Origin: Nanobdellota archaeon
GTDB lineage: Archaea > Nanobdellota > Nanobdellia > Woesearchaeales > UBA583
Assembly: GCA_022565615.1 (NCBI GenBank)
Contig: JAIUMM010000006.1
Location: forward strand, 1 to 57,971
Direction of reading: 5' to 3'
Length of the DNA stretch: 57,971 nt
Shown here: positions 1-11,332 of the stretch, piece by piece
Layout: the number at the start of each line of letters is the position of its first letter
Numbering within the stretch: position 1 is the stretch's first letter
Program-made: the position numbers and the translations under genes
Notes under the pieces: model-generated
What the model was told of the DNA's origin: nothing
The model's database searches: none
Seen by the model: the letters and a program-made list of their open reading frames with translations, nothing else

Positions 1-2
1 AA

Positions 3-668
3 TGGGAAGAAGCTGTTTATTTATTTTTATATTTATCATACTTAAAATTGAATTCAAATAATAGACATCCCTATTCAAAAGAGAGATTTATCAAATTAGT
101 TTCAAACTTTGAAAAAAAATTACAATTCCCTTATTATAATTCATTAAAAACAACATTTGATACAACTAAAAATTTTAAAGATACATTTTTAAAAATTCCA
201 AAAAAACAAAGAGAATTATTTGTAATGGCATATCAAAGTTATTTATTTAATGAATGTATTAAAGAAGTATTAGCAAGTAGTATTGGAAGAAAAAATTTAG
301 AAAAAGTTAATTATGAAGCTGGTTTTTTATATTTTTTAAAAAACTCTCAAAAGAATGTAGAATTACCACTTTCATTTTCATTAATTGGAAGAAAAGATGA
401 ATTTAATGATTTTGAAAAAGAGATTATTTCAACTATTTTACAAAGAGAAAAAATTGAATTTAGTTTAATAAAATCACTTTCTAAAACAGGAGTTTTTCTA
501 AAAACTCATCAAAGAAATATACTTACAATTCCTCAACATTTTAAAGTTGAAACTATAGTGGAGGAGGATTTTTTAAAAAGTAAGAATCGTAAAACAATTA
601 CAATTAGCTTTGAACTAGAAAAAGGTTCATATGCAACAAATATAATTAAATTCTTATTTAGAAAATAA
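3..668 (+). CDS. truD: tRNA pseudouridine(13) synthase TruD, C-terminal part (runs off left edge)
   Basis: AYQSYLFN and FELEKGSYAT motifs; frame is open from position 3. Confidence 0.85.
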   Translation, partial: WEEAVYLFLYLSYLKLNSNNRHPYSKERFIKLVSNFEKKLQFPYYNSLKTTFDTTKNFKDTFLKIPKKQRELFVMAYQSYLFNECIKEVLASSIGRKNLEKVNYEAGFLYFLKNSQKNVELPLSFSLIGRKDEFNDFEKEIISTILQREKIEFSLIKSLSKTGVFLKTHQRNILTIPQHFKVETIVEEDFLKSKNRKTITISFELEKGSYATNIIKFLFRK

Positions 669-673
669 TAAAT

Positions 674-1249
674 TTATTTCTCATCATTAAAATTGAATAA
701 CAACTTAATCCCAATTGTATTTTCAATTTGAGGTTTTAGGTTTAAACTTGTCAAGATTCCCATTTCCTCTCCAAGTCTCAATGTATCTTTATTTGTTAAA
801 GTTCCATCTCTTTTTGTAAGCAAAGGGATTATTTGAGTGAAATTTGTAACATCACAGTAATGTACAAAAGAAAATATTTTACTCATATTTCTTAATATAT
901 CAGGAACTCTAGTAACAATAATTGGAATGTTTCCTATTTTAATACAACTAGTAATATCTATTAAATTATATCCTACAAAATAATTTTGATTATGTGGTTT
1001 TCCATAAAGTTGTATTTCTTTTTTTTTAACTTTTTTCAAAAATTCGTCCTCATTAATAAAAATATGGTCTTCATTACTTTCATCTTTTCTTTTAGACCTT
1101 GTAGTATAAGATTTAATAATTTCAACACCTCTTCCACTATTATTATTTTGAAGAATATATTTAGCAAGAGTTGATTTTCCAGAACCACTAGGTCCAAATA
1201 TACAAAGAATAAATTCTTTATATCCAACAAGCTCATTAGAATAAGTCAT
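674..1249 (-). CDS. gmk: guanylate kinase-like P-loop kinase
   Basis: GPSGSGKST P-loop, SYTTRSKR..E...DHIFINEDEF Gmk signature; C-terminal half divergent. Confidence 0.7.
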   Translation of the reverse strand: MTYSNELVGYKEFILCIFGPSGSGKSTLAKYILQNNNSGRGVEIIKSYTTRSKRKDESNEDHIFINEDEFLKKVKKKEIQLYGKPHNQNYFVGYNLIDITSCIKIGNIPIIVTRVPDILRNMSKIFSFVHYCDVTNFTQIIPLLTKRDGTLTNKDTLRLGEEMGILTSLNLKPQIENTIGIKLLFNFNDEK

Positions 1250-1364
1250 TATCTATTTCAAACTTTTTCTAATTAAAAACATTTCTATAAATACTTCTAA
1301 ACTTATCAGTTGTTGTAGTATTTTACCTTCTTGTTTAATATAAGGAAGTTTAGCTTTATAAGTA

Positions 1365-2963
1365 CTATCTCATTGCAATTATTACTCCTGCAACTAATGT
1401 TATTCCTCCTACTATTGTAATAATTCCTACATTTTGATGAAAAAAATGTTTAGAAAATAATAATTCACCTTCTCTATCACTTTTATTTTGTTCTTCTTCT
1501 AATAATTGAGATGATACATTTTGATTAGAAATAGAATTAGGAGGAGAATTTTGTCTAACGGATTCTTCTAACTCAATACTTGAAAGAGAAGATGAAGAAG
1601 AAGGTCGTATATTTTGAGAATCACTATTTGAATGAGAAGTAATTCCATGTTTATGTAATAATAAAATTATAGTATCTTCTAAATCATTAGTAATATCTGG
1701 CATAGTGACTTTTACTTCATCTCTAAGACCAAAACCTTGAATTTCAATTGTATTCTCACCTGCTTCAAGTTGAAGAGGAATTTGAAAATCAAAATGTCCA
1801 TATCTCTTTACATCAAATTCTGCAACTCTTACTTTATTAATATTAATTGTAAATCTATATGCATTTGAATTTCCTCTAGAAACTTCTCCAATAATTCGTA
1901 CTTGATTGAGTCCTTCTTGAAGAACTTGATTAATTTGTAAAAATGTATTTTCTTGAACTCGTGGAACTCTTGTATTTGTAGAACTTGATGAATCAAAATC
2001 AATATCTAGAAGTGAATTATAAAAAAATGTAGTAGCATTAACTTTAATTCTTTCTTCACATCTTTCATCTTCAATAAATCCGTAAACTATAAATTTCCCA
2101 TTTTTTCTAGGAGTGTATGATTTAGTAGAAGCAGTATTAGAAGAAAAAGGATTTCTTACAACATTTCCAACTCCATCTTCAATATAATATGTAACACCTA
2201 ATGATACATTTCCTCTAAATGTAAATTGAATTCTACTATCTTCAATAACAGGTTCAACTTCAAGAGTAAGTTCACAATTATTTTCAATGGTTTCATTATT
2301 TTCTACTTGAGAGCTATTAGTTGTTTGATTACTATTAATACTACCATTTGTTAAATTATTATTACTAGTATTCTCTTCAATACTAAGAAGAGGAGTAAAT
2401 AACTCACTTTGAAATGAATTTAATTCACAAGGACTTTTAGTATCTAAAAAATTATGAGTTGTATTAAAATGAAGTGTTTCTAATTCATTAGAATATTCAA
2501 TAGTTGAAGTTGGAAAAAAAGAAAGAGAAGTTGAATTTGAAAATCTAATTGTAATATTTTCTCCTCCATTTCTTAGACTTCTAAATCCAACTTGTGCTCT
2601 ATTGGTTTGATAAATTGTACAATTTAATTGTTCTAAATATTCTTGATTATTATTTGAAATAAAATTTTCTCCTACAATTAGTATTATTGATGAGTTTGGA
2701 TGAAGAGAATATAATAAAAATTCATTGACACCTTTTTCATTAATAGTTTGAAAATAATTATCATCAAATCCAAAATATGCATTATGAGTTGAATTAGAAA
2801 TTATCTCAACATATTCATCTCCTCTAAAATTAATCTCAGAAATAAGAAGAGGGTATTCTCCAGATGAAAAAATATTAGTAAATAATAATAAAAATATAAT
2901 TTGAATTTTAATTAATAGTATCATTAAATTATATAAATTTTTATTATTTGTATTTAAACTCAT
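1365..2963 (-). CDS. lamin-tail-domain surface protein
   Basis: Signal peptide, ISEINF..DEYVEI and LRNGGENITI LTD-like motifs, S/N-rich linkers, C-terminal TM. Confidence 0.6.
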   Translation of the reverse strand: MSLNTNNKNLYNLMILLIKIQIIFLLLFTNIFSSGEYPLLISEINFRGDEYVEIISNSTHNAYFGFDDNYFQTINEKGVNEFLLYSLHPNSSIILIVGENFISNNNQEYLEQLNCTIYQTNRAQVGFRSLRNGGENITIRFSNSTSLSFFPTSTIEYSNELETLHFNTTHNFLDTKSPCELNSFQSELFTPLLSIEENTSNNNLTNGSINSNQTTNSSQVENNETIENNCELTLEVEPVIEDSRIQFTFRGNVSLGVTYYIEDGVGNVVRNPFSSNTASTKSYTPRKNGKFIVYGFIEDERCEERIKVNATTFFYNSLLDIDFDSSSSTNTRVPRVQENTFLQINQVLQEGLNQVRIIGEVSRGNSNAYRFTININKVRVAEFDVKRYGHFDFQIPLQLEAGENTIEIQGFGLRDEVKVTMPDITNDLEDTIILLLHKHGITSHSNSDSQNIRPSSSSSLSSIELEESVRQNSPPNSISNQNVSSQLLEEEQNKSDREGELLFSKHFFHQNVGIITIVGGITLVAGVIIAMR

Positions 2964-3217
2964 TAACTGATTTCATAAATTAAAGTTTAAAATAATTTCT
3001 AATTTATTTTTTAATTTTTAGAAGAAAAAGTTAAAATTATTTTTAATATTTTAATATTTCAAACTAAAATATTAAATTAAATTATTTTTTTATAAAAATT
3101 AATATCCTTCATTTGATAATAATATAGTATATACTAATTTTTTTTAATAAATACTTATAAAAGTACTACTTTTAAGAGCAAATAAATCTATAAAAAGTAT
3201 TTTAATGAAAAAGAGGT

Positions 3218-6200
3218 ATGAAATTAATTAAATATATTCAATGTACAGTTATAGTATTTAGTTTAATTTTTTTAAGTTTTGGATTTAATGAAGGAGATGG
3301 ATTAACTTCTCAAACTGCATTTCAAATTTCAACTTGTGACCAATTACAAAATATATCAAATAATTTAAATTCTTATTTTGAGATTGTTCAAAATATTGAT
3401 TGTTCTGACACAGTAGATTGGAATAATGGAGAAGGCTTTCACCCGATAAATAATTTTAATGGGTATTTAGAAGGAAATAAACGAGCTATTAGAGATTTAT
3501 ACATAAACAGATCTAATAGCAATGGAGTTGGATTATTTGGAACTACTACTTCTTCATCAAATGGTGTTATAGCAAATTTGAGATTAGAGAATGTTATTAT
3601 TATAGGAAATAGAGGAGTTGGAGGTATTGGAGGAGAGAATTTTTATGTAGATATTTATAACTCATCAGTTTCAGGATACATCGAAGGTTCAAATAATAGA
3701 GTTGGTGGTTTAGTTGGACAAAGTTTTAGCTCAGAAATTGATCAAGTTGTTTTTGTTGGAGAAATTGTAAGTACTGGAACAAGTTCAAATCAAGAAGTAG
3801 GTGGTATTGTTGGAAGAACGTCTGGAAGTGCTAATGTAGGAACTGCTTTTACAAGAGCTATAATAACTGCAAATAATGGTTGTGTTGGAGGAATAATTGG
3901 AGATTCATCAACTGGAACATCACATTTTAACGAAGTGTATTCAGTTACTCAAATACTTGGAAGTCCTGATAGTGAAGGTACAATTGTTGGTTGTATAAGA
4001 AATACGCTTGATAGTTTTACAAATGTATACTGGGATATAGATGTTGGAGGACTAGATTGGAGAGGTTCTGTAGAATCTGGTTCAACAGGAAATCCTATCA
4101 ATGTTACAGGATTTAATACATCTCAGATGCAAGGTTCTTTAGCTCAAATTAACTTTGCTGGTTTTGATTTTGAAAATACTTGGAGAACTATAACACTTCC
4201 AGAGGATAATTATCCTGTATTTTTTTGGCAAGCAGGAAATTTAGTAAGTGTGACTGGTCAGTTAATAAATAGTTTGACAGGTGAGCCTGTTTCAAATGCT
4301 TTTATTATAGCTAATCCTGATGATTCTAATTTTGGAAAAATAAATACTACAACAAATTCTACAGGACATTATAATATAACATTACAGAGTGTTCCTGAAT
4401 ATGAAGTTATAATTAGGGAAAATATAACTGATCCTAATTTTAATAATTTTACATTTTTAGGAGGAGTTAGACAAACAATTAATCCAAATGATGGAACTAT
4501 AAATTTTGAATTAGGTCCATATTGGGAAGGAAGTGGAGAAGGTGAAAATCCTTTTTTAATTACTAATGTGGAAGAATTACAAACTATGAGATATAATCTT
4601 TTAGGAAATTACCAATTAGCAAATGATATTGATGCAACTCAGACTAGAAATTGGTTTGGAGGAGAAGGGTTTGAACCTATTGGTGATGAGGAAAATCCAT
4701 TTCAAGGAAGTTTGAATGGAAATTCTTCAATGATAACTTCTTTATTTATAAATAGGACTCTAAATAATCAAACTGCGTTATTTAGTTTCACTCAAAATGC
4801 AAGTATAATAGATATGGCATTAGAAGATTTATATGTTGCTGGAGATTTTCGTGTAGGTGGTTTGATAGGTCGTGATGTAGGTTCAAATACAACTATACAA
4901 CGTGTTTTAGTTTCAGGTATCGTTGAAGGAAATAATGATGTTGGAGGAATTGTTGCAAGTGTTTTAAACAGATTGATTTTAAATCAAACTTTTGCTAATG
5001 TCACAGTTGCAGGACTTGATGGAAGTATAGGTGGACTTGTTGGTTGGTCTTCAAATTCAACAATTGTAGACTCATATGCTATTGGGAATGTAACTGGTGC
5101 AGTTGATGTAAAACGAATAGGAGGTTTAGTTGGAGATCATAATGGTGTATTAAATAGAACTTATGCAACAGGTTATGTTAGTACTTCTAGTTTTCCAGAT
5201 CAAATAGGAGGCTTAGTTGGAAGAAACACTGGATTAGTTTACAATTCGTTTTGGGATAATGAAGCTTCAGGACAAAATGAAAGTGCAGGAGGGATGGGTT
5301 TTCCAACTGCAAATATGACAAGTCTTAGGACTTTTTTAGATGCTGGTTGGGATTTATTAAATGTTTGGGGAATAAACACTGAAGAAAATGGAGGTTATCC
5401 TTTCTTATTATGGCAAGATTTTGAATCTTCTTATCCTTTCCAAGAAGGTCTTGGAACAAATGATTCTCCTTATTTAATATTTACTTGTGAAGAACTTCAA
5501 CTTATGAATACAAACTTGAGAGCTTATTACGAACTTGCTAATAATATTGATTGTTCAGATACAATTAATTGGAATGAAGGAGATGGGTTTGAACCTGTTG
5601 GAACTTTACCAGTTCCTTTTGAAGGTTCTCTGCAAGGTAATAGTTTTATAATAAATGATTTATTCATTAATAGAACTGCTACTAACCAAGTAGGTTTATT
5701 TGGGACAACTTGTGACGTTAAGTTAACAAACATTGTTTTAGAAGATGTTTTTATTTTAGGAGATTTCCGTGTAGGTGGACTAGTGGGTAGAGATGTAGGA
5801 GATTTTTCTATTCTAGAGAATATTTCTGTTTCTGGTAATGTTAAAGGAATAACTGATGTAGGAGGAGTTCTTGCAAGTGTACTTAACAAAACTTTTGTGA
5901 GTCAGATTTTTTCGAATGTTAATGTATATGGTTCAGATGGTAGTATTGGTGGTTTAATAGGTTGGTCAGCGTATTCAGAGGTTTTAGACTCTTATTCTAT
6001 AGGTGATGTTATTGGAAATGATACTGTTGAGAGGATAGGTGGTTTAGTTGGAGATAATTATGGTTTCATAAACAGATCTTATTCTACAAGCTTTGTGTCT
6101 CTTGAACCTGAATCAGATTTTGAAGGTGGTTTAGTTGGAAGAAACAGAGCTCTAGTTCAAAATTCATATTGGGATACACAAACTTCAGGACAAAATGAAA

Positions 6201-7045
6201 GTGCAGGTGGGGAAGGTAAAACAACATCTGAGATGAGACTGGTTTTTACATTTGAAAATTGGGACTTCAATAATACATGGTCTGCTACTTGTGATGGTTG
6301 GCATTATCCTGTATTGCAGTGGCAAAATTTATACTTGAGTGAAACTCAGTGTCCAAATTATGTAGCTTCTTCAAGTAGAGGAGGTAGTTCTTCTTCAAGA
6401 ACTGAGATAATTACACAATCTCAAGTAAGTGTGGGGAGTCAAACCCAACTCAGAGAAGGAAGAGATGTTCAATTTGAATCATTACATACATCAGTTACTC
6501 CAGATTTAAATCCACAATCTCCTCAAGCAAGAGAATTTAGACACACTGTGAGATTAAATAGAATTCAAACTAATTTTGTTGATATTACAATTCACTCAGA
6601 CCCTATTAATGTTCGATTACCTCTTGGAGAAGATGTGAGAGTTGATTTAGATAGAGATGGAATCGATGATGTGTTATTGAGATTTGAGGGAATTTACTTT
6701 GCAGAAGCGAGAATTCATATAGAGCAATTACAAATCTTACAAGAAGAAGAAGTTGAAGCAGAAGCAGAAATAATTGAAAACCAGCAAGAAGAAACAATTG
6801 AACAAATCCCATCTCAAGATGAAACTTCATCAACTCAATCCTCTACTCAAACTCAAGAAAGTGTAGTTGAAGAAACTTCAACACAAAGCTTACAAGAAGA
6901 AGAAGTTGAAGCACATTTAATTCAACAAAAGAGAGATTCTTCAAATACAACTACTCAGTTTATATTATTATTAATTGGTTTTTTAATTATTCTTGCAAGT
7001 TTTATGTGGTTTTTAATCATTGAAAAAAGAGAGAATAATAAATAA
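3218..7045 (+). CDS. large GLUG-repeat surface protein/adhesin
   Basis: Three modules starting G.G....P/AF.I....LQ, many VGGLVG repeats, signal peptide, E/T/Q linker, C-terminal TM. Confidence 0.85.
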   Translation: MKLIKYIQCTVIVFSLIFLSFGFNEGDGLTSQTAFQISTCDQLQNISNNLNSYFEIVQNIDCSDTVDWNNGEGFHPINNFNGYLEGNKRAIRDLYINRSNSNGVGLFGTTTSSSNGVIANLRLENVIIIGNRGVGGIGGENFYVDIYNSSVSGYIEGSNNRVGGLVGQSFSSEIDQVVFVGEIVSTGTSSNQEVGGIVGRTSGSANVGTAFTRAIITANNGCVGGIIGDSSTGTSHFNEVYSVTQILGSPDSEGTIVGCIRNTLDSFTNVYWDIDVGGLDWRGSVESGSTGNPINVTGFNTSQMQGSLAQINFAGFDFENTWRTITLPEDNYPVFFWQAGNLVSVTGQLINSLTGEPVSNAFIIANPDDSNFGKINTTTNSTGHYNITLQSVPEYEVIIRENITDPNFNNFTFLGGVRQTINPNDGTINFELGPYWEGSGEGENPFLITNVEELQTMRYNLLGNYQLANDIDATQTRNWFGGEGFEPIGDEENPFQGSLNGNSSMITSLFINRTLNNQTALFSFTQNASIIDMALEDLYVAGDFRVGGLIGRDVGSNTTIQRVLVSGIVEGNNDVGGIVASVLNRLILNQTFANVTVAGLDGSIGGLVGWSSNSTIVDSYAIGNVTGAVDVKRIGGLVGDHNGVLNRTYATGYVSTSSFPDQIGGLVGRNTGLVYNSFWDNEASGQNESAGGMGFPTANMTSLRTFLDAGWDLLNVWGINTEENGGYPFLLWQDFESSYPFQEGLGTNDSPYLIFTCEELQLMNTNLRAYYELANNIDCSDTINWNEGDGFEPVGTLPVPFEGSLQGNSFIINDLFINRTATNQVGLFGTTCDVKLTNIVLEDVFILGDFRVGGLVGRDVGDFSILENISVSGNVKGITDVGGVLASVLNKTFVSQIFSNVNVYGSDGSIGGLIGWSAYSEVLDSYSIGDVIGNDTVERIGGLVGDNYGFINRSYSTSFVSLEPESDFEGGLVGRNRALVQNSYWDTQTSGQNESAGGEGKTTSEMRLVFTFENWDFNNTWSATCDGWHYPVLQWQNLYLSETQCPNYVASSSRGGSSSSRTEIITQSQVSVGSQTQLREGRDVQFESLHTSVTPDLNPQSPQAREFRHTVRLNRIQTNFVDITIHSDPINVRLPLGEDVRVDLDRDGIDDVLLRFEGIYFAEARIHIEQLQILQEEEVEAEAEIIENQQEETIEQIPSQDETSSTQSSTQTQESVVEETSTQSLQEEEVEAHLIQQKRDSSNTTTQFILLLIGFLIILASFMWFLIIEKRENNK

Positions 7046-7081
7046 TTTCAACTTAAATAATTGAATTTTTTTTAATAATTT

Positions 7082-8395
7082 TTATTTTAATAATTTCATT
7101 GCACTAAATAGTGTATTTTCTTCTCCTATATTACACATTAATTGCATTCCAATTGGAGTGTTTCCTCTTGTAGTCTCAACTATTGCTTTTGGAACAACCC
7201 CACTACAAATTCCTGCTAAATTTGCAAGAACAGTAAATGCGTCATACGCATATTCTTCTTCAGGTGTGAGTGTTTCATCAAAAGAGTGAGGAAGCTTAGG
7301 AGTTGTTGGAAGTAAAATTGCTTGAACTTGCGTAAACACTTCTTGAAATTCTTCTTTTAATAATTCTCTTACTGCAAGAGCTTTTTTATAATATGCTCCT
7401 TCAAATTCACTTTGAGTAATTAATTCTCCTCCTTTCATTCTAAGTTGTAATTCACTTTGAGCCACCTCATTAATATTTTGACCATACTTAACACCATCAA
7501 ATTTTCTAGTACCTGAGAACACTTCTGTATATACAATAGGATAATATGCAGCAACTCCAAGTTTCATATGCTCAATTGACACTTCTATAATTTCAACCCC
7601 TTTTGCTTTCAAATGAGAAATTGAATTATGATAAATCTTTTTTATTTCTTCATCAGCAATTAATTCATCAACTCCTTTTAAAATTCCAATTTTTTCAATC
7701 TTAGTATTCTTTGAAGTAAAGTCTTCAATTTGTAGAGTAGTTGCATCTCTTTCACTTTGTTTTCCAATAACTTCTAATATTAAATCCATATCTTCAATTG
7801 AATTACTAAGTACTCCTACTTGATCAAAACTCATACTAGAGTCAACTACTCCATATCTACTAACTCTTCCATAACTAGGTTTTAAACCAAATACTCCACA
7901 GTGGGAAGCAGGATTTCTACAACTCCCACCAGTATCAGTTCCAAGAGCAATATCACACATTGAAGCTGCAACAGCAGCAGCAGAACCTGAACTTGTACCA
8001 CCTGGAATAATATTTGTATTTTTTGGATTGAGTGTTTTTCCAAAATAACTATGCTCACCAGTTGAACCTTGTGCAAATTCATCATTATTAACAACACCAA
8101 TAATTATTGCATCTTCTTTTTCAACATATTGAACAACATCTGAGTTATAAATTGCTTTTACATTTTCAAGCGTTTTTGAAGCACATGAACACACAACTCC
8201 TTCTTTGAAAATATTACTTTTAATTGCAATACATTTACCAAATAATTTTCCTCGTTGTTCTTGTGGTTTTTCATCTAATTCTCTTGCTCTTTTTAGAGCA
8301 TCTTCTTCTAACACTTCTAGGAAGATGTTTAACTCATTATTTTTTTCTTTAATTTGTTTAAGATAATATTCAACTCTTTGGGCACACGTTTTCAT
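7082..8395 (-). CDS. gatA: Asp/Glu-tRNA amidotransferase subunit A
   Basis: Amidase signature GGTSSGSAAAVAA, GTDTGGSCRNPAS, KPSYGRVSRYG. Confidence 0.9.
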   Translation of the reverse strand: MKTCAQRVEYYLKQIKEKNNELNIFLEVLEEDALKRARELDEKPQEQRGKLFGKCIAIKSNIFKEGVVCSCASKTLENVKAIYNSDVVQYVEKEDAIIIGVVNNDEFAQGSTGEHSYFGKTLNPKNTNIIPGGTSSGSAAAVAASMCDIALGTDTGGSCRNPASHCGVFGLKPSYGRVSRYGVVDSSMSFDQVGVLSNSIEDMDLILEVIGKQSERDATTLQIEDFTSKNTKIEKIGILKGVDELIADEEIKKIYHNSISHLKAKGVEIIEVSIEHMKLGVAAYYPIVYTEVFSGTRKFDGVKYGQNINEVAQSELQLRMKGGELITQSEFEGAYYKKALAVRELLKEEFQEVFTQVQAILLPTTPKLPHSFDETLTPEEEYAYDAFTVLANLAGICSGVVPKAIVETTRGNTPIGMQLMCNIGEENTLFSAMKLLK

Positions 8396-8561
8396 AGTTA
8401 TTTAAAGAAGTATTTGCTTAAAAACATTTTGGAAAATATTATTATTATTTTAAATTACAATTTTTTTAATGTCTAAAATTATTGATGCATATAAATAATT
8501 AATAATAAAAATAATAAAAATAAATTATATTTATGTGTTGAAAATTTAATTAGTATAATAA

Positions 8562-9617
8562 TTAATTTTTTGGATGAACTTCGAAGTATTGTACAACTTC
8601 CATCTCCTCCAAATAGTTTACTCTTCTAACACCAAATGTTGAACTCGTTCTTGGAAGTACGGCAGATGTTAAGGAATAATAATTTTGAGAATCTTCAAAT
8701 AAATCATGAAACATTGTTAAACCAAATGAATTAAATAATCGTTGATTTTCTCTTTGTCTTCCTAAATATGTAAATGTAGAAGGACTTGAAATATTTTGAA
8801 GAAAAATATTTCTAGCAGGAGTTGTTTGATGAATCCAAATTGAGTTATCTATATTTAAAAGTTTATAATTAAAATCATCATGAATCGTTTGAAAGTCGTT
8901 AATCGTTTCAAGTTTAATTAAAGGTATATTTCTAAAGTAAAGAACTTCGTTATAAAATAAATATGAATTTCCAAAGTATTGAAATTGACTCACATTTGAG
9001 CTGATGTTTGCAATTATTGAACTTCCAAAATAAATATGATGCTCATCGTTGGAAAATTCTTCTGAATTGTTAACTCTTCTCCAACTTGCAATTGTAATAT
9101 TTTCTAAAGGTTCAAATAATGTGTTAGAGTAAGAGTCTCGTATTTGTTCGTGAAAATAGTAAATTGAATTTGAATCTGTAAAAAAATTTGTTGTAATATG
9201 GTCATTGTAATAGTTATCATGATAAACAGGTGTAAGTTCAAGTATGTTAATACTAGAAGGAAGAGGTATAGGTTGAAGAGAAAATTGTTCCCTATTTCTT
9301 GAATCTTTGTATGATTGTATAAAATATAGCTGATTTTCATCTTTTGCAATTCTAGTTGTTAAAATTTCAAATGTTTCTAAATCAACTTGTGAAATTGAAG
9401 AGTCTAAATTTGTAAATATTTTATCTTTAAGCTGTATGGAGAAATTTTCTTGAGAGTTTGAAGAGAATAAATTAGCTAAATTAAATGAAGAAGAGTTAGA
9501 ACTTGAATTAATATTTGAAAGAATTGATACTATAGCAAATATTGCAACTAATGATACTATAAATACTCCTAAAAAAATAAATAGAAGAATTGATGAAAAA
9601 TTATTTTTTTTATCCAT
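8562..9617 (-). CDS. membrane-anchored DKNYY-like repeat protein
   Basis: N-terminal TM; repeats AKDENQLYF, FTDSNSIYY, SNDEHHIYF, EDSQNYY. Confidence 0.55.
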   Translation of the reverse strand: MDKKNNFSSILLFIFLGVFIVSLVAIFAIVSILSNINSSSNSSSFNLANLFSSNSQENFSIQLKDKIFTNLDSSISQVDLETFEILTTRIAKDENQLYFIQSYKDSRNREQFSLQPIPLPSSINILELTPVYHDNYYNDHITTNFFTDSNSIYYFHEQIRDSYSNTLFEPLENITIASWRRVNNSEEFSNDEHHIYFGSSIIANISSNVSQFQYFGNSYLFYNEVLYFRNIPLIKLETINDFQTIHDDFNYKLLNIDNSIWIHQTTPARNIFLQNISSPSTFTYLGRQRENQRLFNSFGLTMFHDLFEDSQNYYSLTSAVLPRTSSTFGVRRVNYLEEMEVVQYFEVHPKN

Positions 9618-9812
9618 ATATAATAAAAATTGATTTTTTGATTTATATTATTTTGTAATTTTTCTAATTGATTTCATTTACTTTTCATTTATCTTTGATT
9701 TATTTCCAACTTGCTCTTAATTTAATTTTAATTAATTTCAATACTTTAAAATATAAAATCAAAAATAGTAAAACAAATTTTTATAAATTATGTAGAGTTT
9801 TTGTTATGTATC

Positions 9813-10295
9813 ATGTCAGTAGAAAGAACGTTTGTAATGATTAAGCCAGATGGTGTACAAAGAGGACTTGTTGGAGAAATCCTATCAAGATTTGAAAAAG
9901 TAGGATTAAAACTTGTAGCAATGAAATTTATGCATGTTGATGAAGATTTTTCAAAAAAACATTATAGTGATTTAGTTGAAAAACCATTTTATCCAGGATT
10001 AGAAGATTTATTAACTTCAGGACCTGTTGTTGCAATGGTATTTGAAGGTGCAAAATCAATTTCATTGGTGAGAAAAATGGTGGGAGCAACTGAACCTGCT
10101 TCATCACAACCAGGAACTATTAGAGGAGACTATGCTCATATGAATTACGCAAGAGCAGATGCTGAGGGTAAAGCTCTTCCAAATTTAATTCACGCATCAG
10201 ATTCACCAGAAGGAGCAGAGAAAGAAATTCATTTATGGTTCTCAGAGAGTGAAATTTACGATAACTATGAAACTGTATTTTCTAAATTTATGTAA
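9813..10295 (+). CDS. ndk: nucleoside diphosphate kinase
   Basis: [31 protein letters not shown]; start moved to ATG 9813. Confidence 0.97.
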   Translation: MSVERTFVMIKPDGVQRGLVGEILSRFEKVGLKLVAMKFMHVDEDFSKKHYSDLVEKPFYPGLEDLLTSGPVVAMVFEGAKSISLVRKMVGATEPASSQPGTIRGDYAHMNYARADAEGKALPNLIHASDSPEGAEKEIHLWFSESEIYDNYETVFSKFM

Positions 10296-10369
10296 TGTTC
10301 AATTTATTGAATATTTAAAAATTATCTTTATTTTGTTTAAATTAAATATTTAGAAATATTTATTTAATT

Positions 10370-11029
10370 TTATTTATTAAAAGTAATGTATTTATCAAAA
10401 TATACTCTATCATCCTCTTTTAATTCTGTATAGAACCATTCAAGTTTAGCATGTTTTCTAATATAAATAAAATTAAATATGGGAGAATTTAGCAAATTTG
10501 AATAATTTTCTTGAAATAATGTGAACATAGTTCTTCTATCAAGAAGAGGACTCTCTTCTTCTTTTATATTTTGATAACAAAAAATTAATTGTTTTTCTAA
10601 CTCTTCTAATTTATTCTTATATTTATCAGCTGTAGTGTTACCCCCCAGTTCTTCATTTCTTCCATTTTGCCCAATTATTATACACATTGTATTAATTAAA
10701 GCAATTATTATTTTCAATGATTCTAAATATTCTTCTTGCTTAATGAGCGTTTTTAAATATGAAATTTTAGGATGTAAGTACATTTTGTTGAAAAATGTAA
10801 TATTATACATGTATTCTTTATTTCCAATACTCTTTCTTGCTTTTTTCATTTCTTTTTGTGCTTCTACAATATAGTCTTGAATAAATTTATGTTGAATTGA
10901 AATATCAAATTTTTTAATAAATTCTTTTAAAAGTGGTTCATTTTTTTTGAGTTGAGATGATAAAAATCGAACTAGTTTGTCTTGTGGAATTTGTTTGAGT
11001 TCTTTTGCAATATTTATTTTTTCATACAT
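10370..11029 (-). CDS. hypothetical helical protein
   Basis: 219-aa ORF, no recognised motif. Confidence 0.6.
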   Translation of the reverse strand: MYEKINIAKELKQIPQDKLVRFLSSQLKKNEPLLKEFIKKFDISIQHKFIQDYIVEAQKEMKKARKSIGNKEYMYNITFFNKMYLHPKISYLKTLIKQEEYLESLKIIIALINTMCIIIGQNGRNEELGGNTTADKYKNKLEELEKQLIFCYQNIKEEESPLLDRRTMFTLFQENYSNLLNSPIFNFIYIRKHAKLEWFYTELKEDDRVYFDKYITFNK

Positions 11030-11055
11030 TTTTATATCTTATTCTATAAATAATT

Positions 11056-11229
11056 TTAAGAGAAAATACTTAGAACAGGTCCTGCTAAGGAATTAACTCC
11101 CATTCCAAATAAAATAATAGCAATAATTACAATAATAATTAATACTAAAGTTTGAATGGTAAAATCTGCTCTTTTTTGAATAAATATTAATTTTGAAGTA
11201 TTAAGAGGTAATCTAAATAATGGTTTCAT
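11056..11229 (-). CDS. small pilin-like protein with class III signal peptide
   Basis: QKRA/DFTIQTLVLIIIVIIAII: basic-small cleavage motif plus hydrophobic helix. Confidence 0.55.
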   Translation of the reverse strand: MKPLFRLPLNTSKLIFIQKRADFTIQTLVLIIIVIIAIILFGMGVNSLAGPVLSIFS

Positions 11230-11332
11230 ATTATTTATTGTAGTTAATTTTTTATAAATATGTCTACTCAATATGTATATGTTTTAGATTAGACAAATAT
11301 ATTTAAATACGTCCTCATCTAAATTAAATTAG

